Source of the DNA: Octopus vulgaris
Lineage: Eukaryota
Direction: 5' to 3'
Assembly: GCA_951406725.2 (NCBI GenBank)
Contig: OX597817.1
Location: forward strand, 13,392,001 to 13,456,000
DNA length: 64,000 bases
The translations under genes were made by a program, and so were the position numbers. Under the pieces are notes generated by a model, which saw nothing but the letters and a program-made list of their open reading frames with translations, was not told the origin of the DNA and made no database searches. Shown piece by piece: positions 1 through 13,629 of the stretch; the stretch's first letter is position 1; each line of letters begins with the position of its first letter.

Positions 1-799
1 CATTGTATTTTTTTTCTTCTTTTATTTTCGGATTGTGTACAATACAAAGTATCAAAATATTTCATCGTATTTTTACCACCTCGTCACTCATATTCGTGCT
101 GCATTGAAATGTTATTCAGTCACTGAGTCATTGAACTCTGGCGAAAGAACTTTGACACTGACACTTAATACTAAATGCTGTTGGTGGAAACAATAATAAT
201 AATAAAGCATGATGGCACGAGAATATTTTAACTGGCGATAATTTCTAAGATGCAACTGATTTAATTTCAACACACAATCTCAGATTAAATCTTTTGCTGA
301 ACAGGCAAAAGACAATTTGTTAAATTTTACTTAGCAAATATCTCACATTTAACATTACCTGAAGAATGTAAACACATTTTCGTATGATTGCTTACCATCT
401 ACAAAATGAATGAATTCGAACACTTTCTCCTCCTATAATTCATCGTTAATTTAACTTTTAATCTATTAGATACTTACACTTATATACAGGTATAATTATA
501 AATAGAAGTAACTGAATATTATTTTCTTTCCTTTCTTCTCTTTACTGTATATGTTTTCAGTTCTACTGTATTTGGGTGGTCACATGCCTTACATTTTTCT
601 CCAGTTTTAGAGCTTAATTTTCTTGTTTTCAAATATAGGTACTCCAATAACAGAACTCAGAAATAAAGAGAGAGACCCAATTTAATTGGGTTTCTTTGAT
701 TATACAGAAATACTCATTAAATTGCTTAGCTAACGATGGTCTGCAACGATACATATTAGATTGGAAAGTCTTTAAAAGCATCGTGTTATGTATTCGTTC

Positions 800-1055
800 T
801 TTCATTCTGTTACTTGTTTTAATCATTGGACTGCAGCCATGCTGGGGCATCACCATAGAGGAGTCAGTCGATCAAGTCAAGTCGATCCCAATACTTACTT
901 TTTAAAGGTCTTGCACTTACTTTATCGGTGTCTTTTTACCGAACCGCTTAATTGCAGAGACGTAAACAAAATAACACCAGTTATCATGTGATGGCCTACA
1001 GAAACACGCATACACGCACACTCACACACATACGCACGCGCGCACACACACATAC

Positions 1056-1100
<45 letters not shown>

Positions 1101-1388
1101 TATATATATACATACATACATACATACATACATGTATGTATGTATGTATGTATGTATGTATGTATGTATGTATGTATGTATGTATGTATGTATGTATGTA
1201 TGTATGTATGTATGTATGTGACGAGATGCCACACAGTTTCTGTCTACCAAGTTAATTTCACTCATAAGGTATTGGTCAGTTCGGGATTATAGTAGAAGAC
1301 ATATGCCCAAGATGCCGTGCAGCGTGACTGAACCCGAAATTACATGGTCGGATAGCAAACTTCTTAACCACACAGCCATGTCAGTGCA
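800..1388 (-). mobile_element. tRNA-derived SINE family A, diverged, with expanded internal (TA)n/(TATG)n
   Basis: Reverse complement of the family A head (1270-1388) and tail (800-990). Confidence 0.75.
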
Positions 1389-1835
1389 GATATAAATCAT
1401 AATAGAAACGTAAGCGATGTTTTTTGTGACGTGGCCCGAAATGCGCCTGGCGTTCTCGCTGGTCAATGCTGGGACGAATTTTCGTCTTCCTCTGATATTT
1501 ATTGTATTTTTAACACAGCACGTCCATGGCAGATGCTATCTCAAGACAAATGCTGCAGTAACTGGCCCATCAACAATGTGTATACATTATGATACAAGAA
1601 TGGCTACCGAAATAAAGAATATTGTTTTTGCTTCAGACAAGACTACACATTAAAGAAGGAATAAGAATATTTCTTCTCAACTCGAAAAGCTAATCTCCGT
1701 TTAATCTCACATCACATTAAGACACACCGCTTTTGTTTTTATTCGGATTAAATATTTCATGATATACGCGGCTGCAGTTTCTTGTTGCTTTTTGGCCAGT
1801 CAAATAATTTAGGTGTTCTTTAAACTAATTAAATA

Positions 1836-2225
1836 GGCGCAGGAGTGGCTGTGTGGTAAGTAGCTTGCTAACCAACCACATGGTTCCGGGTTCAGTCCCA
1901 CTGCGTGGCATCTTGGGCAAGTGTCTTCTGCTATAGCCCCGGGCCGACCAATGCCTTGTGAGTGGATTTGGTAGACGGAAACTGAAAGAAGCCTGTCGTA
2001 TATATGTATATATATATATATGTGTGTGAATGTGTTTGTGTGTCTGTGTTTGTCTCCCTAGCATTGTTTGACGTCCCTGTCACTTAGCGGTTCGGCCGAT
2101 AGAATAAGTACTGGGCTTACAAAAAAATAAGTCCCGGGGTCGAGTTGCTCGACTAAAGGCGGTGCTCCAGCATGGCCGCAGTCAAATGACTGAAACAAGT
2201 AAAAGAGTAAAAGAGTAAAGAGAGT
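1836..2225 (+). mobile_element. SINE family A
   Basis: A-box-like TGGCTGTGTGG, B-box-like GGTTCAGTCC, internal TA/TG microsatellite, (AAAGAGT)n tail, CTAATTAAA on both flanks. Confidence 0.9.
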
Positions 2226-2304
2226 CGCTAATTAAACAGTATCTTCTCTCTCGTCACAGCAAGATGTGTTAAACAATCGAATGCTAATTCTTATTTGGGC
2301 GATA

Positions 2305-2925
2305 TAAGGTGGCGAGCTGGAAGAACCTGTAGCACGCTGGACAAAATGCTAAATAGCATTTCGTCCGTCTTTACGTTCTGAATTCAAATTCTATCGAGGT
2401 TGACTTTGCCTTTCATTGTTTCAGGGTCGATAAAATAAGTACAAGTTGTAATATTCAGACCTTTTGCTCATAATAAGAAGGATTATTAAGACAGCGAGCT
2501 GGCAGAATTGTTAGCGCACTCAACAAAACGCATAGCAGCATTTCTACTGGTTCTTTACATTCTGAGTTCAAATCCCGCTGAGATCATCTTTGCGTTGCAT
2601 CCTTTATTTTAGGAGTCGATAAAACAAATATCAGTTAAGCACTGGGGTCGATGTTTACAGCTTCCAACTCCCATCAAAATTGCTGGTCTTGTACCAAAAT
2701 TAGAAAGAATTGTTTTGGCCTAGAATATGTACAGTATTACAAATGATACGAATAGAACAGTCAGTCTTTCATTTAACAATAATGATCCTTTCTACACAAC
2801 CTTAAATTTGGAGGTGGGTGATGCAAGTCGATTACATTGCTGTACTTATTTCATCGACTCTGAAAGGATGAAAGGCAAAATCGAACTCGGTGAATTTGAA
2901 CTTGGAACGTAGTGACGAGCGTAAT
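2305..2925. mobile_element. Cluster of old family B SINE copies
   Basis: Diverged GGCGAGCTGG...TTCTGAGTTCAAAT...GTCGATAAA motifs on + (about 2308 and 2490) and one on - (about 2790-2925). Confidence 0.65.
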
Positions 2926-2928
2926 ACC

Positions 2929-3159
2929 TATTTCTTTATTGCCCACAAGGGGCTAAACCCAGAGAGGACAAACAAGGACAGACAAACGGATTAAGTCGAT
3001 TATATTGATCCTAGTGCGTAACTGGTACTTTTTTAATCGACCCCGAAAGGATGAAAGGCAAAGTCGACCTCGGCGGAGTTTGAACTCAGAACGTAGCGGC
3101 AGACGAAATAGCGCTAAGCATTTCGCCCGGCGTGCTAACGATTCTGCCAGCTCGCCGCC
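2929..3159 (-). mobile_element. SINE family B
   Basis: Near-identical to other copies; head GGCGGCGAGCTGGCAGAA, central GCCTTTCATCCTTTCGGGGTCGATAAA. Confidence 0.9.
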
Positions 3160-3160
3160 T

Positions 3161-3219
3161 AAATAATAATAACAACAGCAATAATAATAACAATAACTAC
3201 AGTAATAACAATAATAATA

Positions 3220-3277
<58 letters not shown>

Positions 3278-3280
3278 TAG
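3161..3280. repeat. (AAT)n microsatellite
   Basis: Direct reading. Confidence 0.95.
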
Positions 3281-3943
3281 CTGAAATCCGAAGAAACTAA
3301 TGCTAATCAATCCTGAACAAAAATTACTTAATAAAATTCATATGTCGCAAGAAGGGGTGAAATTTTACGTTTCAAACGGGGCCCTTTCTTGAAGACATGC
3401 GAAATGTGTTGAATTGTTATATATTTGGTCAGTATTGAAAGATGTAATACATTGCATTCTTAAATACTGTCCAACTACTGACGAATTAAGGCACCAACTC
3501 CTTTTTTCCTTTGTATCACCCATATAGGCGAAGATGAACAAATCAGGGTTAAGTGATTGAGGCACATTTCTTGCCCTAAAAATGTCGAAACTAGTCAGGC
3601 GTATTTCATGTGACAAATAAGGTTACATAACCGACCACGACCTACAACTTGATTATCTTGAGCAGGGGTAAGGGACTTATAGAAAACATTCAGTTTTGGC
3701 ACCGTCCCTTGAAGAGTCTTTTTTAAAAAAAAAAACATGATTGTATATCGTTTATATTTTTACTTGTTTCCTTCACTGGACTGCGGCCATGGTGTAGCAT
3801 CACCATATAGGGTTTTAGTCAAACAAATCGACTTATTTAATCGGTGGTTTATTTTGCAGAGCTGCTATGATACGCGGTCCAACTCTAGTTGTCATGTGGT
3901 GATAGTGGGTAACAAACAACAATATACATACATACATACATAA

Positions 3944-3959
3944 CTATCTATATATCTAC

Positions 3960-4047
<88 letters not shown>
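3944..4047. repeat. (TATC)n microsatellite
   Basis: Direct reading. Confidence 0.95.
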
Positions 4048-4087
4048 ACAGAGATAGACAGACAGACAGATAGACACAGAAAATGAT

Positions 4088-4255
4088 GTGCAGGAATGGC
4101 TGTGTGGTAAGAGGCTTGCTTCCCAACCACATGGTTCCGGGTTCAATCCCACTGCGTGACAGTTTGGGCAAGTGTCTTCTACTATAGCCTCGGGCCGACT
4201 AAAGCCTTGTGAGTGGATTTGGTAGGCGGAAACTGAAAGAAGCCCGTCGTATATA

Positions 4256-4314
<59 letters not shown>

Positions 4315-4523
4315 TTGTATTTGTGTGACTGTGTTTGTCCCCACCACCTTCGATTGACAACCGATGTTGGTGTGTTTATGTCTCCGTAACTTAGCGGTTC
4401 GGCAAAAGAGACCGATAGAATAAGTACTAGGCTGACAAAGAATAGGTCCTGGGGTCCATTCCTTCGACTAAAGGCGGTGATCTAGCATTGCCACAGTCGC
4501 ATGGCTGAAACGAGTAAAAGAGT
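4088..4523 (+). mobile_element. SINE family A
   Basis: Full head, (TA)n core and tail, collinear with 1836-2225. Confidence 0.88.
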
Positions 4524-4866
4524 GTGTGTGTATACACACACACACACAAACACACGCGTCAGGCTTTCATTCAATTTCCGTCTATCAAATTCATTCATAA
4601 ATCATTGGTCGGGCCTGGGTTTTAGTACATGACACTGGGCCATCAAGCTGCGCAATGACTTTAAGCCTAGAAAAGTCCAGAGCAGAAATTTACAATAAAC
4701 TGTATAACTATGAATTTAAAAAATTAAATGTTCACTGCACAGGTTGTTAAGCAAACCACACATGTTCTTAAAAATGTTATCATCCTTTATCTAAACGACG
4801 AACTCTTTACAGTGTGGTGTCTTCTTTGGCATGTAACAAGTCATTACTTTGTTGCAAGGATAGATT

Positions 4867-4897
<31 letters not shown>

Positions 4898-5464
4898 TAT
4901 ATATAAAGTAGGGTACAAAATGTCCCAGGTATGTTGGGAAGAGGAGTCGACTCTTCAATGCCATATATTTCTCACTATAAGTAAACACGCACGGTTAATG
5001 TAATGAATGTAATAAAAATAATCCTTACCTTTGCAAAACTACAAAGGAAAGTACAGACATCTCAGTATCAACTGATTTCACCTTTTGTATTACCAGATTT
5101 GGAGAGTTGGCTCTTCTTTCTAGCATAATTGGTACATCTTATACACTAATTTCTATGTATATTTAACTTATTTTGGTTAAGCTTGCTGGCCACTTCATTA
5201 TTGTTATTTTTATATACATATATATATATATGTATATATATGTATATACATATATATATATATATGCAGCACGGACTTTGTCAGTGAACAGGTCGCGGAT
5301 TTTAGCGACGAAAATATTTTGACAAATTAAACTTAAATGTTGAAGTGAATCGGACGGCTTTTGTGTGTTTCTTAAATGGCTTATAAACACCTTCCACGCT
5401 GCAATTGTTTTCGTTTCAGCACACGATCTCAGATCAAATTACTTGCTATGCGAGTACATCTCCA

Positions 5465-5605
5465 TATATATATGTATATATATATGTATATACATATATA
5501 TATGTATATAGATATATATATAGATATATATGTATATAGATATATATATATACATATATATGTATATAGATATATATACATATATATGTATATAGATATA
5601 TATAC

Positions 5606-5652
<47 letters not shown>
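5465..5652. repeat. Imperfect (TA)n microsatellite
   Basis: Direct reading. Confidence 0.95.
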
Positions 5653-5658
<6 letters not shown>

Positions 5659-5699
5659 ATTAGATGAACTGAGGTAGGAATAAAAGTAATAAAAGTCAT

Positions 5700-6260
5700 T
5701 ATTGTGAAATTATTAAAGAGATTCAAGCATACGGGTTTCGTAAGTTACTAATCATTGCTTTGAATACTACTATTCATGGCTTTGAATGCACACCGATTAC
5801 TGGACGGTGTCAGGTCTAATAGTTCCTGAGAAAAAAGATTATTTGTAAGGGAGGTAAGTAGTTCTGGATTTGGTGCAATTAGGTTAGATATAGAATTGCA
5901 ATGTGAATGGTGTAAGGGATGTATGGGGGTTAGTGGTATTAATTGAAAGGTTAGTAATGTTCTGTATTATGTTATGTGTTCATATTTAGTTGGGGAAGAT
6001 ATCTATTGATAAAAGTTGCCTCTTTATTCATTCTTTGTTGCATTGAGGTGTTCTGTGAACATTGATTGAAGGGGAAAATTTGGAAATTAGGATTAAGATT
6101 CCTAGCACACCTTTCTATGCGTCCACAAACCTGTAACTGTCTGTATTGTGGGTGGCGGATTTGTTCTTTGTGGAGAGTGGTTCTTCGATGGAATGATATT
6201 CCTGTTTGGCTAATATAGTTGTTACCACATCCTAAGCATGTCATGGCATAGATTCTTAGC
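5700..6260 (-). mobile_element. Penelope-like retroelement 3' remnant (GIY-YIG endonuclease plus decayed hammerhead)
   Basis: IYAMTCLGCGNNYISQTG..R...H...R...E..FI...PQLN (ORF 5972-6244); hammerhead-like fold at 5725-5760. Confidence 0.8.
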
Positions 6261-7323
6261 TGGATTTGAAGGTGCTGGATTAAATCAATCTAGATACTTG
6301 ACTGGTAATATATTTTAGGTGGTGCTGTTAAGTTAGTCATGTCTGGGTCACTTCTGACCGAAACCTAAGTATCTAAGAATATTGGTAGGGTAAAAGTTAA
6401 AGCTGACCTAGGTGGTATTAGAATTCAGAGCACAGAGCTAAAACAAATACTACAAAGCATTTTTTACCAACGCTCTAAAGATTCTGCCAACCTGTCACCT
6501 GAGTAAAAACCCGGAATCCTAACACCACTGAATCACATAGGATAAATATGATTAACGTGTAATCCTTTCTACCCTAGACACAAAGCGTGAAATTTTCGGG
6601 GAGGGTGTAGTTGATTATGTAGATCTCCTGTACTCAACTGGTACTTATTTCAATGACTCTGAAAATTCAAAACATAGAACGGACGGAATGCTGTTAAGCA
6701 TATTGAGTAGCGTGCTAACGATCCGCTTTAATACGATTAATATATAATTAAATCATGTTTGGAAGAAACAAAACAGAAACTATACAATACGATGTTACTT
6801 TTCGCGTCTTTAATAGAATACCTAGTGTAAGATACTAAAAGCTTTAACAATCATCGGAAAGATTATAGATTATTTCCTATCAATCACGAAAGTACTATGT
6901 TAATTACTTAACTGTTACTGTGGCAACTTGAACACATTTATGACTTATATGTATGGCTGTAAACATAAAGGAAAGATTATTAAAATTGTACAATACGAAT
7001 AACCTATCCCTTAGTAATCTTGGATCATGCAACTTCTTGTGCAATGAGAGGTTAATATATTTAGTTGAGTGAAAGCCGTGAAACAGTCGAAATATGTTGT
7101 GTAATTTGTTTTCTTGTCTATTTTTGTTTGATTGAAGATTATAGTGATTAATGCAGCTGGGGCAAATAATATAGATTCAGATTCAATAAAGGTTGTTGGC
7201 AATACGTCGCTATTTCAGCTTGTGCGCGCGTGTGAGGTGTTGTTGTTCTCCGAAGTAATATTGTGCTTCTCAGCTGGAAGTAATATTGTTTGTAAAATGT
7301 GATATCCTTCTGGCGTAGTTTTC

Positions 7324-7410
7324 ATGGCATGTGACAGATTTCACACAAATTGCAGTCATGAGCTACTCATACTTCTAGGCGATGTTTTCGTTTCAGTATT
7401 CTTCTGTTTA
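7324..7410 (+). CDS. Two-VWA-domain protein, candidate first coding exon (signal-peptide-like)
   Basis: ATG at 7324 follows an in-frame TGA at 7300. Encodes MACDRFHTNCSHELLILLGDVFVSVFFCL and ends at a GTGAGT donor (7411) in phase 0, matching the next exon. Confidence 0.5.
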
Positions 7411-7454
7411 GTGAGTGCTCAATGGTAAAAATCTGAGATTAAGCTCAGTGTAGC

Positions 7455-7511
<57 letters not shown>

Positions 7512-7935
7512 ATCTCCTTATCAGTTACAAAATACAGTTGCAAAATGTGATGTTGAGAGACAATAACTATGGTATATAAGTATAGAGTTAAGTTTTTGTA
7601 GTTTGCATTGTATAATGCTTTTGAACGAGAGACTTGGCGATACTTGTTGACAGATTTCCCTCTAAATTAAAAATCTGCATATATAATCGGTATCGTATAA
7701 AATTTTATAATATTATTACATTATGCAATGCTAGTATCATCGAGAAAGATAGTGGAAAGCATATTTTCCTCTATAAACCGAAGGCTTTATGCCAGTGTAA
7801 GAACTTCATAAACAAACAAGGAACTGATCTTCTTTTTTATCTTTATGTAGTTAATTTGAATTTTTGTATAAGCTGAACCTTCTTTTTTTTTCTTTCTCAA
7901 TTTAACAAACTTAAATATTTTTGTATCTATTCTAG

Positions 7936-7969
7936 GGCTTAAAGTTGTTGTCAGCTCAAGAAACCTATT
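7936..7969 (+). CDS. Two-VWA-domain protein, 34-nt micro-exon
   Basis: TATTCTAG acceptor and GTAAGT donor. Encodes GLKLLSAQETY plus 1 nt; phase 1 joins 15235 to give YCGGKPADVYFLLD. Confidence 0.65.
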
Positions 7970-10900
7970 GTAAGTATTTAAAATTTCTCTAAGCTTACAA
8001 ACTATATTTTAATTACGCATCTTAGATTTTGCACTGTAATGTTTTATGAGGCCCAGGCAAAAGATCTGGAAGAAACAAATTGAGATATAAATACTTTCAT
8101 AATTTACCAAGTCTTCCAAACAATTTCTCATAAGCATTTAATTATGTAAATATTTATAGAACTAATTGGACGGTTAAAATATATGACACTTCCAGCTAAT
8201 TCAAACATTTAATTAAATGTCACGATTTGCGTTACGTGCACCCTAGAACGGCAGAGAGCACTTATTGTGTCGAGATACGATATAATTCGACTCCCTTCAT
8301 TTCACATCTTGTGTATGTATTTTCGATAAACATGGGCAAAGTAGTCATACATATAATGACCATGGGTTCCCTGGGAAACTGGTTACAAACTGTTCTGTAT
8401 TGTTACTTCGTTTTATTAAAAATACAAAACAAGTCTTTTTTTCTGTTCAGTAACAAACGGATAAATTTTGCTGTTGGTCCCTATCAACTTACGTCTTTTT
8501 TCTCGTCAATAAAATATATAAAGATCATATTTTGTATTGATAAATAAGAAGATGAGACTTATTAAAGACAGCAATTTCTGTGTCATAACAAGAACAACTT
8601 TAACTGGCGCATTCTTCTGTCTCTTATCATAGCTGACTGAGGCACTATATTTTTTTACCATTTCTTTTAATTTTCATTTGCTCATTTGAAGCTTGCTGTG
8701 TCTTAGATATAGATATTCTTGTGCTCAATGGTGGTTAATTACAACTAATCAATTAATTCCATCAGTTATCTCTTTTCATCTTCGATGAGCAGCCATAGAT
8801 GAACATATCTAAAACATCTACTTATCGTCGGTAGCTCATTCTTAAGTAATTGGCATAAGTAAAGGAAAAGTCTAGTTTTCAATTAAACACTGTGAATCTC
8901 ACCGTACAGATTAACTGTTGGTGTCTAACTTTAGCCAAGAGCCTCACATCAGTAGGAAAAATGAAATCGATTTTTGATCGATCCCATTACTTGACTAATA
9001 TGTTATTTTATTAGTCAAAGATGAAAAGCAAAATCAATTTAAGCAGAATGTCGATTCAGATCCTAAAGGGAAGTAAATACCGCAAGGTATTTTGTCTGCA
9101 TCTCTACAGATTCTGCTACACTACCACTATGATAAAGTTTATTAAAATTTGGGAATAAGACTAGTAATTTTGAGATGATTTGGTTAGTCTATACGGTCGA
9201 CCCCAAAACTTTACAGGTACGTTATTTTATTGATACCGAAAGGAATAAAGGTAAAGTTAATCTCGGTGGGATTTGAACTCAGAACGTAAAGGTCCTGAAC
9301 ACAAACTGCAAGGGATTTTTTTTTCAAAGGCTATAGCCGTTCTACAAATTCAACCCTACAATAATTCTTTCCAGTATAGGTATAAGGCCTGGAATTCAAG
9401 GAAGAGGTTTACTCGATAGCAACAGCCTTATTTAAGGCTGGTATTTTTTTTTCTCGGAGGAATGAAAGGCAAAACTCTTCTCGGTAGGATTTGAACTCAG
9501 AACGTAAAGAGTCGGAACAAATACTGCAAGGCATTTAGTCGTCACTCTAACCATTCTGCCTCACTCATAACAACAATAATTTTATATCTCTTTTCCTATT
9601 TTGAAAAAGATTAGATAGATCTACATATTTGCATGTTTGGATATCTGGGAAAAGTATTTTGTCAAATAGAGATCTTTTCTTTTTTTGGCTTTTATCGAGT
9701 ATTACATCATAAATAATTAATATTTCTCTTTCATATATCAGAAAGAAGGATTAGATTATCTCGTTGTGAATCTCATTTCTTTGTGCTTCTATCTAAATTA
9801 TATTTTGCAGTTATCACAATGCAACATGTAATCATAATTTTGGCTAACATGCTAAATAAACATTTACATAAACGTACATTTAAAATGTGGCGTAGAAGAC
9901 AAATTGAGGAAATACCGATCAAAATTGTGTAGATAGGAAACAGAACGATCAAATTAATTAGTTGTACTATTTAGTTATTATATGTACTAGTTTATGGTTA
10001 TATGGATGTGGGAATCGGCAGAGCGAGGACCAAACTGCCCGGTCGAAATTGCCTTGGAATCTTCTGTATTTGATAAAAAGGTCCAGTCAAACACTGATGA
10101 CTCTATCCCCCTTAAGAAATACTTATTAGGAAAGACGGTGAATTTTTAATTTTTTTAAAAATTTATGTTCTGCGTTCGAATCGTGCCGAGGTCAGCATTG
10201 TCTTTTATCTGCCCAGGTCAATAAAATAAATACTTGTGAAATGCTGTGATCGGCTAAATGGTCTATACTCTCCCCACGCGCACATATTTTTGTGGATTTG
10301 TACCAATGTTAGAAAACCTTTTTCGCGTTTTCAAAAGGGCAGTATTTAGTTTCATCCTTCTACATCCTTTACATTTCAATTTTAAATGCTAGATTTATTA
10401 TTAAGTATATCAACAACATGCTGATATAGTTTTAATATATTTTTTATTCTATGGCCACGTGACAGAGTAGGACTTCCATATTTTGTTCACCGTGCATTAT
10501 CATTTATCTAAACACACAAAACGCCCTTTCTCTCCTTCTCCCTTCCTTCTCTCTCTATCTCTGTCTCTCTCTCTATCTCTGTCTCTCTCTCTCTATCTCT
10601 GTCTCTCTCTCTCTCTCTGTCTCTCTCTCTCTCGCTCAGACACATAAACGCACAAACAGACGTCGACGAGTGCATGTATTTCTTCTTTTTTGGTAAAAAA
10701 TGTGTGCACTCGCGTGGCCACGTGCATTGGTAACTGCACGACTAGCTGAGCGTGATACATTGAGTGGCTGCAGAGAGTGAAGACAGTTCCCATTTGGTGT
10801 TGACATTAGTCGAAAACTGCGTGTTATTACAGCTATATAAATAGTAACCGACGATTCGGCACTAAACCAACACTTAAAAACTTTAAAATCTCCATTTTCT

Positions 10901-11233
10901 GTTAATTCGACATATCTGTTTTTGTTTTGGTTCCTACAACAACAATTTCTACTACAACTACTACTGTCGCTGCTGCTGCTGCTGTTGCTAAGAGCTGGTC
11001 AAATCGATAACGTACAGAACTGCCAATCGAAACGGTTGGTGGATTGTGAATTGGCATCGGTCCAATAGAAGTTACTTATTCCTGTGAAAAATTTGGCAAA
11101 ATACTCTGTCAAAATGAATAATGGTATTTTGTTGGTGCCACGGTGAGGAATCTAACGAACAGCTTTACAAGATAACGACACATCAAGAATCTGCAATTTC
11201 TCGAAAATCCATCTTCATGCCCCATCTACATCC

Positions 11234-11647
11234 TATTTCTTTATTACCCACAAGGGGCTAAACATAGAAGGGACAAACAAGGACAGACATAGGTATTAAG
11301 TCGATTACATCGACTCCAGTGCGTAACTGGTACTTAATTTATCGACCCCGAAAGGATGAAAGGTGAAGTCGACTTCGGCGGAATTTGAACTCCAACGTAA
11401 CGGCAGACGGAATACCTATTTCTTTATTACCCACAAGGGGCTAAACATAGAGGGGACAAACAAGGACAGACATAGGTATTAAGTCGATTACATCGACTCC
11501 AGTGCGTAACTGGTACTTAATTTATCGACCCCGAAAGGATGAAAGGTGAAGTCGACCTCGTCGGAATTTGAACTCAGAACGTAACGGCAGACGGAATACC
11601 GCTAAGCATTTCACCCGACGTGCTACCGTTTCTGCCAGCTCTCCGCC
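11234..11647 (-). mobile_element. SINE family B head-to-tail dimer
   Basis: Two bodies share one head, junction at 11415/11416; TSD GCCCCATCTACATCC at 11219 and 11651. Confidence 0.9.
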
Positions 11648-12195
11648 TTTGCCCCATCTACATCCACTTTTTAAAGATTTTCTTCCCATTCTTATGCAAA
11701 ATATACACGACCTCTTACTTATATAACATTAAGACATTTACAAAGAACCGTCATTTCACATTCACAGCATGTATTGAAAGATAGTGAAAGACATAAATAA
11801 ACGGTACCCCAAGACCTCTCACGGTCCTTACTCTTTCTCAAAACAAAGAAATAATACTCATACACAAACAACATATTAAATTCAGCCAGGATTATGTCAA
11901 TTCTTCGTAGGGTTCCAACCTCACCACAACAAATCGCTACTTGCTTCAAAAAAATACGAAGTCACAGACTTCGTATTACCACAAATCTTCTGCAAAATGA
12001 GCTCAAAACATTCGAATGAAAGCGAGTGAGAAACATATTTAATGCTTGGAACATTAAAAAGACCAAAATATTGTTTTTAAAAATTGAAGGGTGAGAAAAA
12101 ATGTGAGTTTAATGACAGATATGAGCAAGTTTCACTCTCGTTGAAGATCTTCAGTGTCAGTGTAGCTGCGCTTCAACTTTTTTTGAAACTTTTTC

Positions 12196-12250
<55 letters not shown>

Positions 12251-13404
12251 TGTGTGTTTGTGTTTATTGAATAAATATGTTTCCGTATATGTATTAGTAC
12301 AGGGAAAGAGAAGTGCTTGAAAATAAGATAATTCTGGAGTTCCAGGTAAAATAAATAATACAGTCAACTGGGTGATAAAATAATCGATACATTGAACATT
12401 AAGAAGTTAAAGTAGGCTCAAAAATGATACGAGAGACAAAATGGCATTCTTTTCTTTTTCATTTTTTGATCCAATTCGTGGGACAATACCGGACATGTTT
12501 TGCCTTTAATGGGAGACCTCATGTCCAAAACGAATGACCACTTCATCAGACGAGGTGCACTGTACTTTAGAGTAGAAGTTCCTCCAAACAACCATACAGA
12601 TCTACTAAATATAAATCTATTGCATTATCAGCAAAGCAAACACATCTAAACGTATAAGGCCTGTACACTCCAAAATAACCACATCGGTAACTTCAGTAAG
12701 TCTAAACCTCTGTTGAGATGTACAACTAAGATAAATAGAAAAAAATAACGCTTGATCTCTGATCGAAACCACCGAGGCTGTGTTTTATGTGCTCTCTACA
12801 CAATCCAGAGACGGTTTTTCTTTATGAATAACTCGTTTTGACTTGCTAGAAATAGCAGCCAAATCGGCGATGTGGTTACCACTGGAAGGTCTTTGATAAT
12901 AGGCCTGTTCGTTCAGATTTAATCTGGGTTTAAACAACAATAGTTACCCAGGAATAATCTTGACAGTGGAAGAACTCAGTTTACTCACACAACTACATTG
13001 CACACTGAGTATCGGAGGGCACAATATGGAGCTGAATCAAGGGATGACTACCTATGTGCCATTGATTTGTTCGATTAGGGTTCACCGGTGCGGTACAACA
13101 GACGATATAATACTCAGTATAGGGCGCAACCATGAGGTAAATCATGAATCAAATCAAAAGAAATCCCTGCAGTTTAAAAGAAACCGTAAATTAATCACGT
13201 GGTCTGGTGGTGTCGGTGCTGGGGTTGGCGGGGATTTATCTCCCCTGTAGTGATAAACAAAAGTGCATTTTGCACCAAAAGCCAATAAGAGAGTTTCTCT
13301 CGTGATAACTACTGCAGTATAGTTTGTTATTACAGAACATCCATGTTTAAGTGGGGATAAATAATACCTCTCAGTGTTAATACTGCTTCTGTTGCTAATG
13401 AATA

Positions 13405-13629
13405 TTGGGTTGTCCGGAAAGTTCGTGCCGATTTTTAAAGGAAAGAAAAAGGTCAATGAATACTTGCCATTACATTTTTAATCGACCAAATATGAACCAT
13501 TTTGTTGTACAATGCGCCTCCATCTTTCCTTTAACTTGAAAATACCCTTTTCCCAGAATTGAGGTGCCTGGGAGGATAAGTCGAAAGGTAAGCTACTATA
13601 AATCGGCACGAACTTTCCGGACAACCCAA
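13405..13629 (-). mobile_element. Internally deleted mariner (MITE)
   Basis: About 30-bp TIR TTGGGTTGTCCGGAAAGTTCGTGCCGATTT, TA TSD, remnant transposase C-terminus FWEKGIFKLKERWRRIVQQNGSYLVD-stop. Confidence 0.9.
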
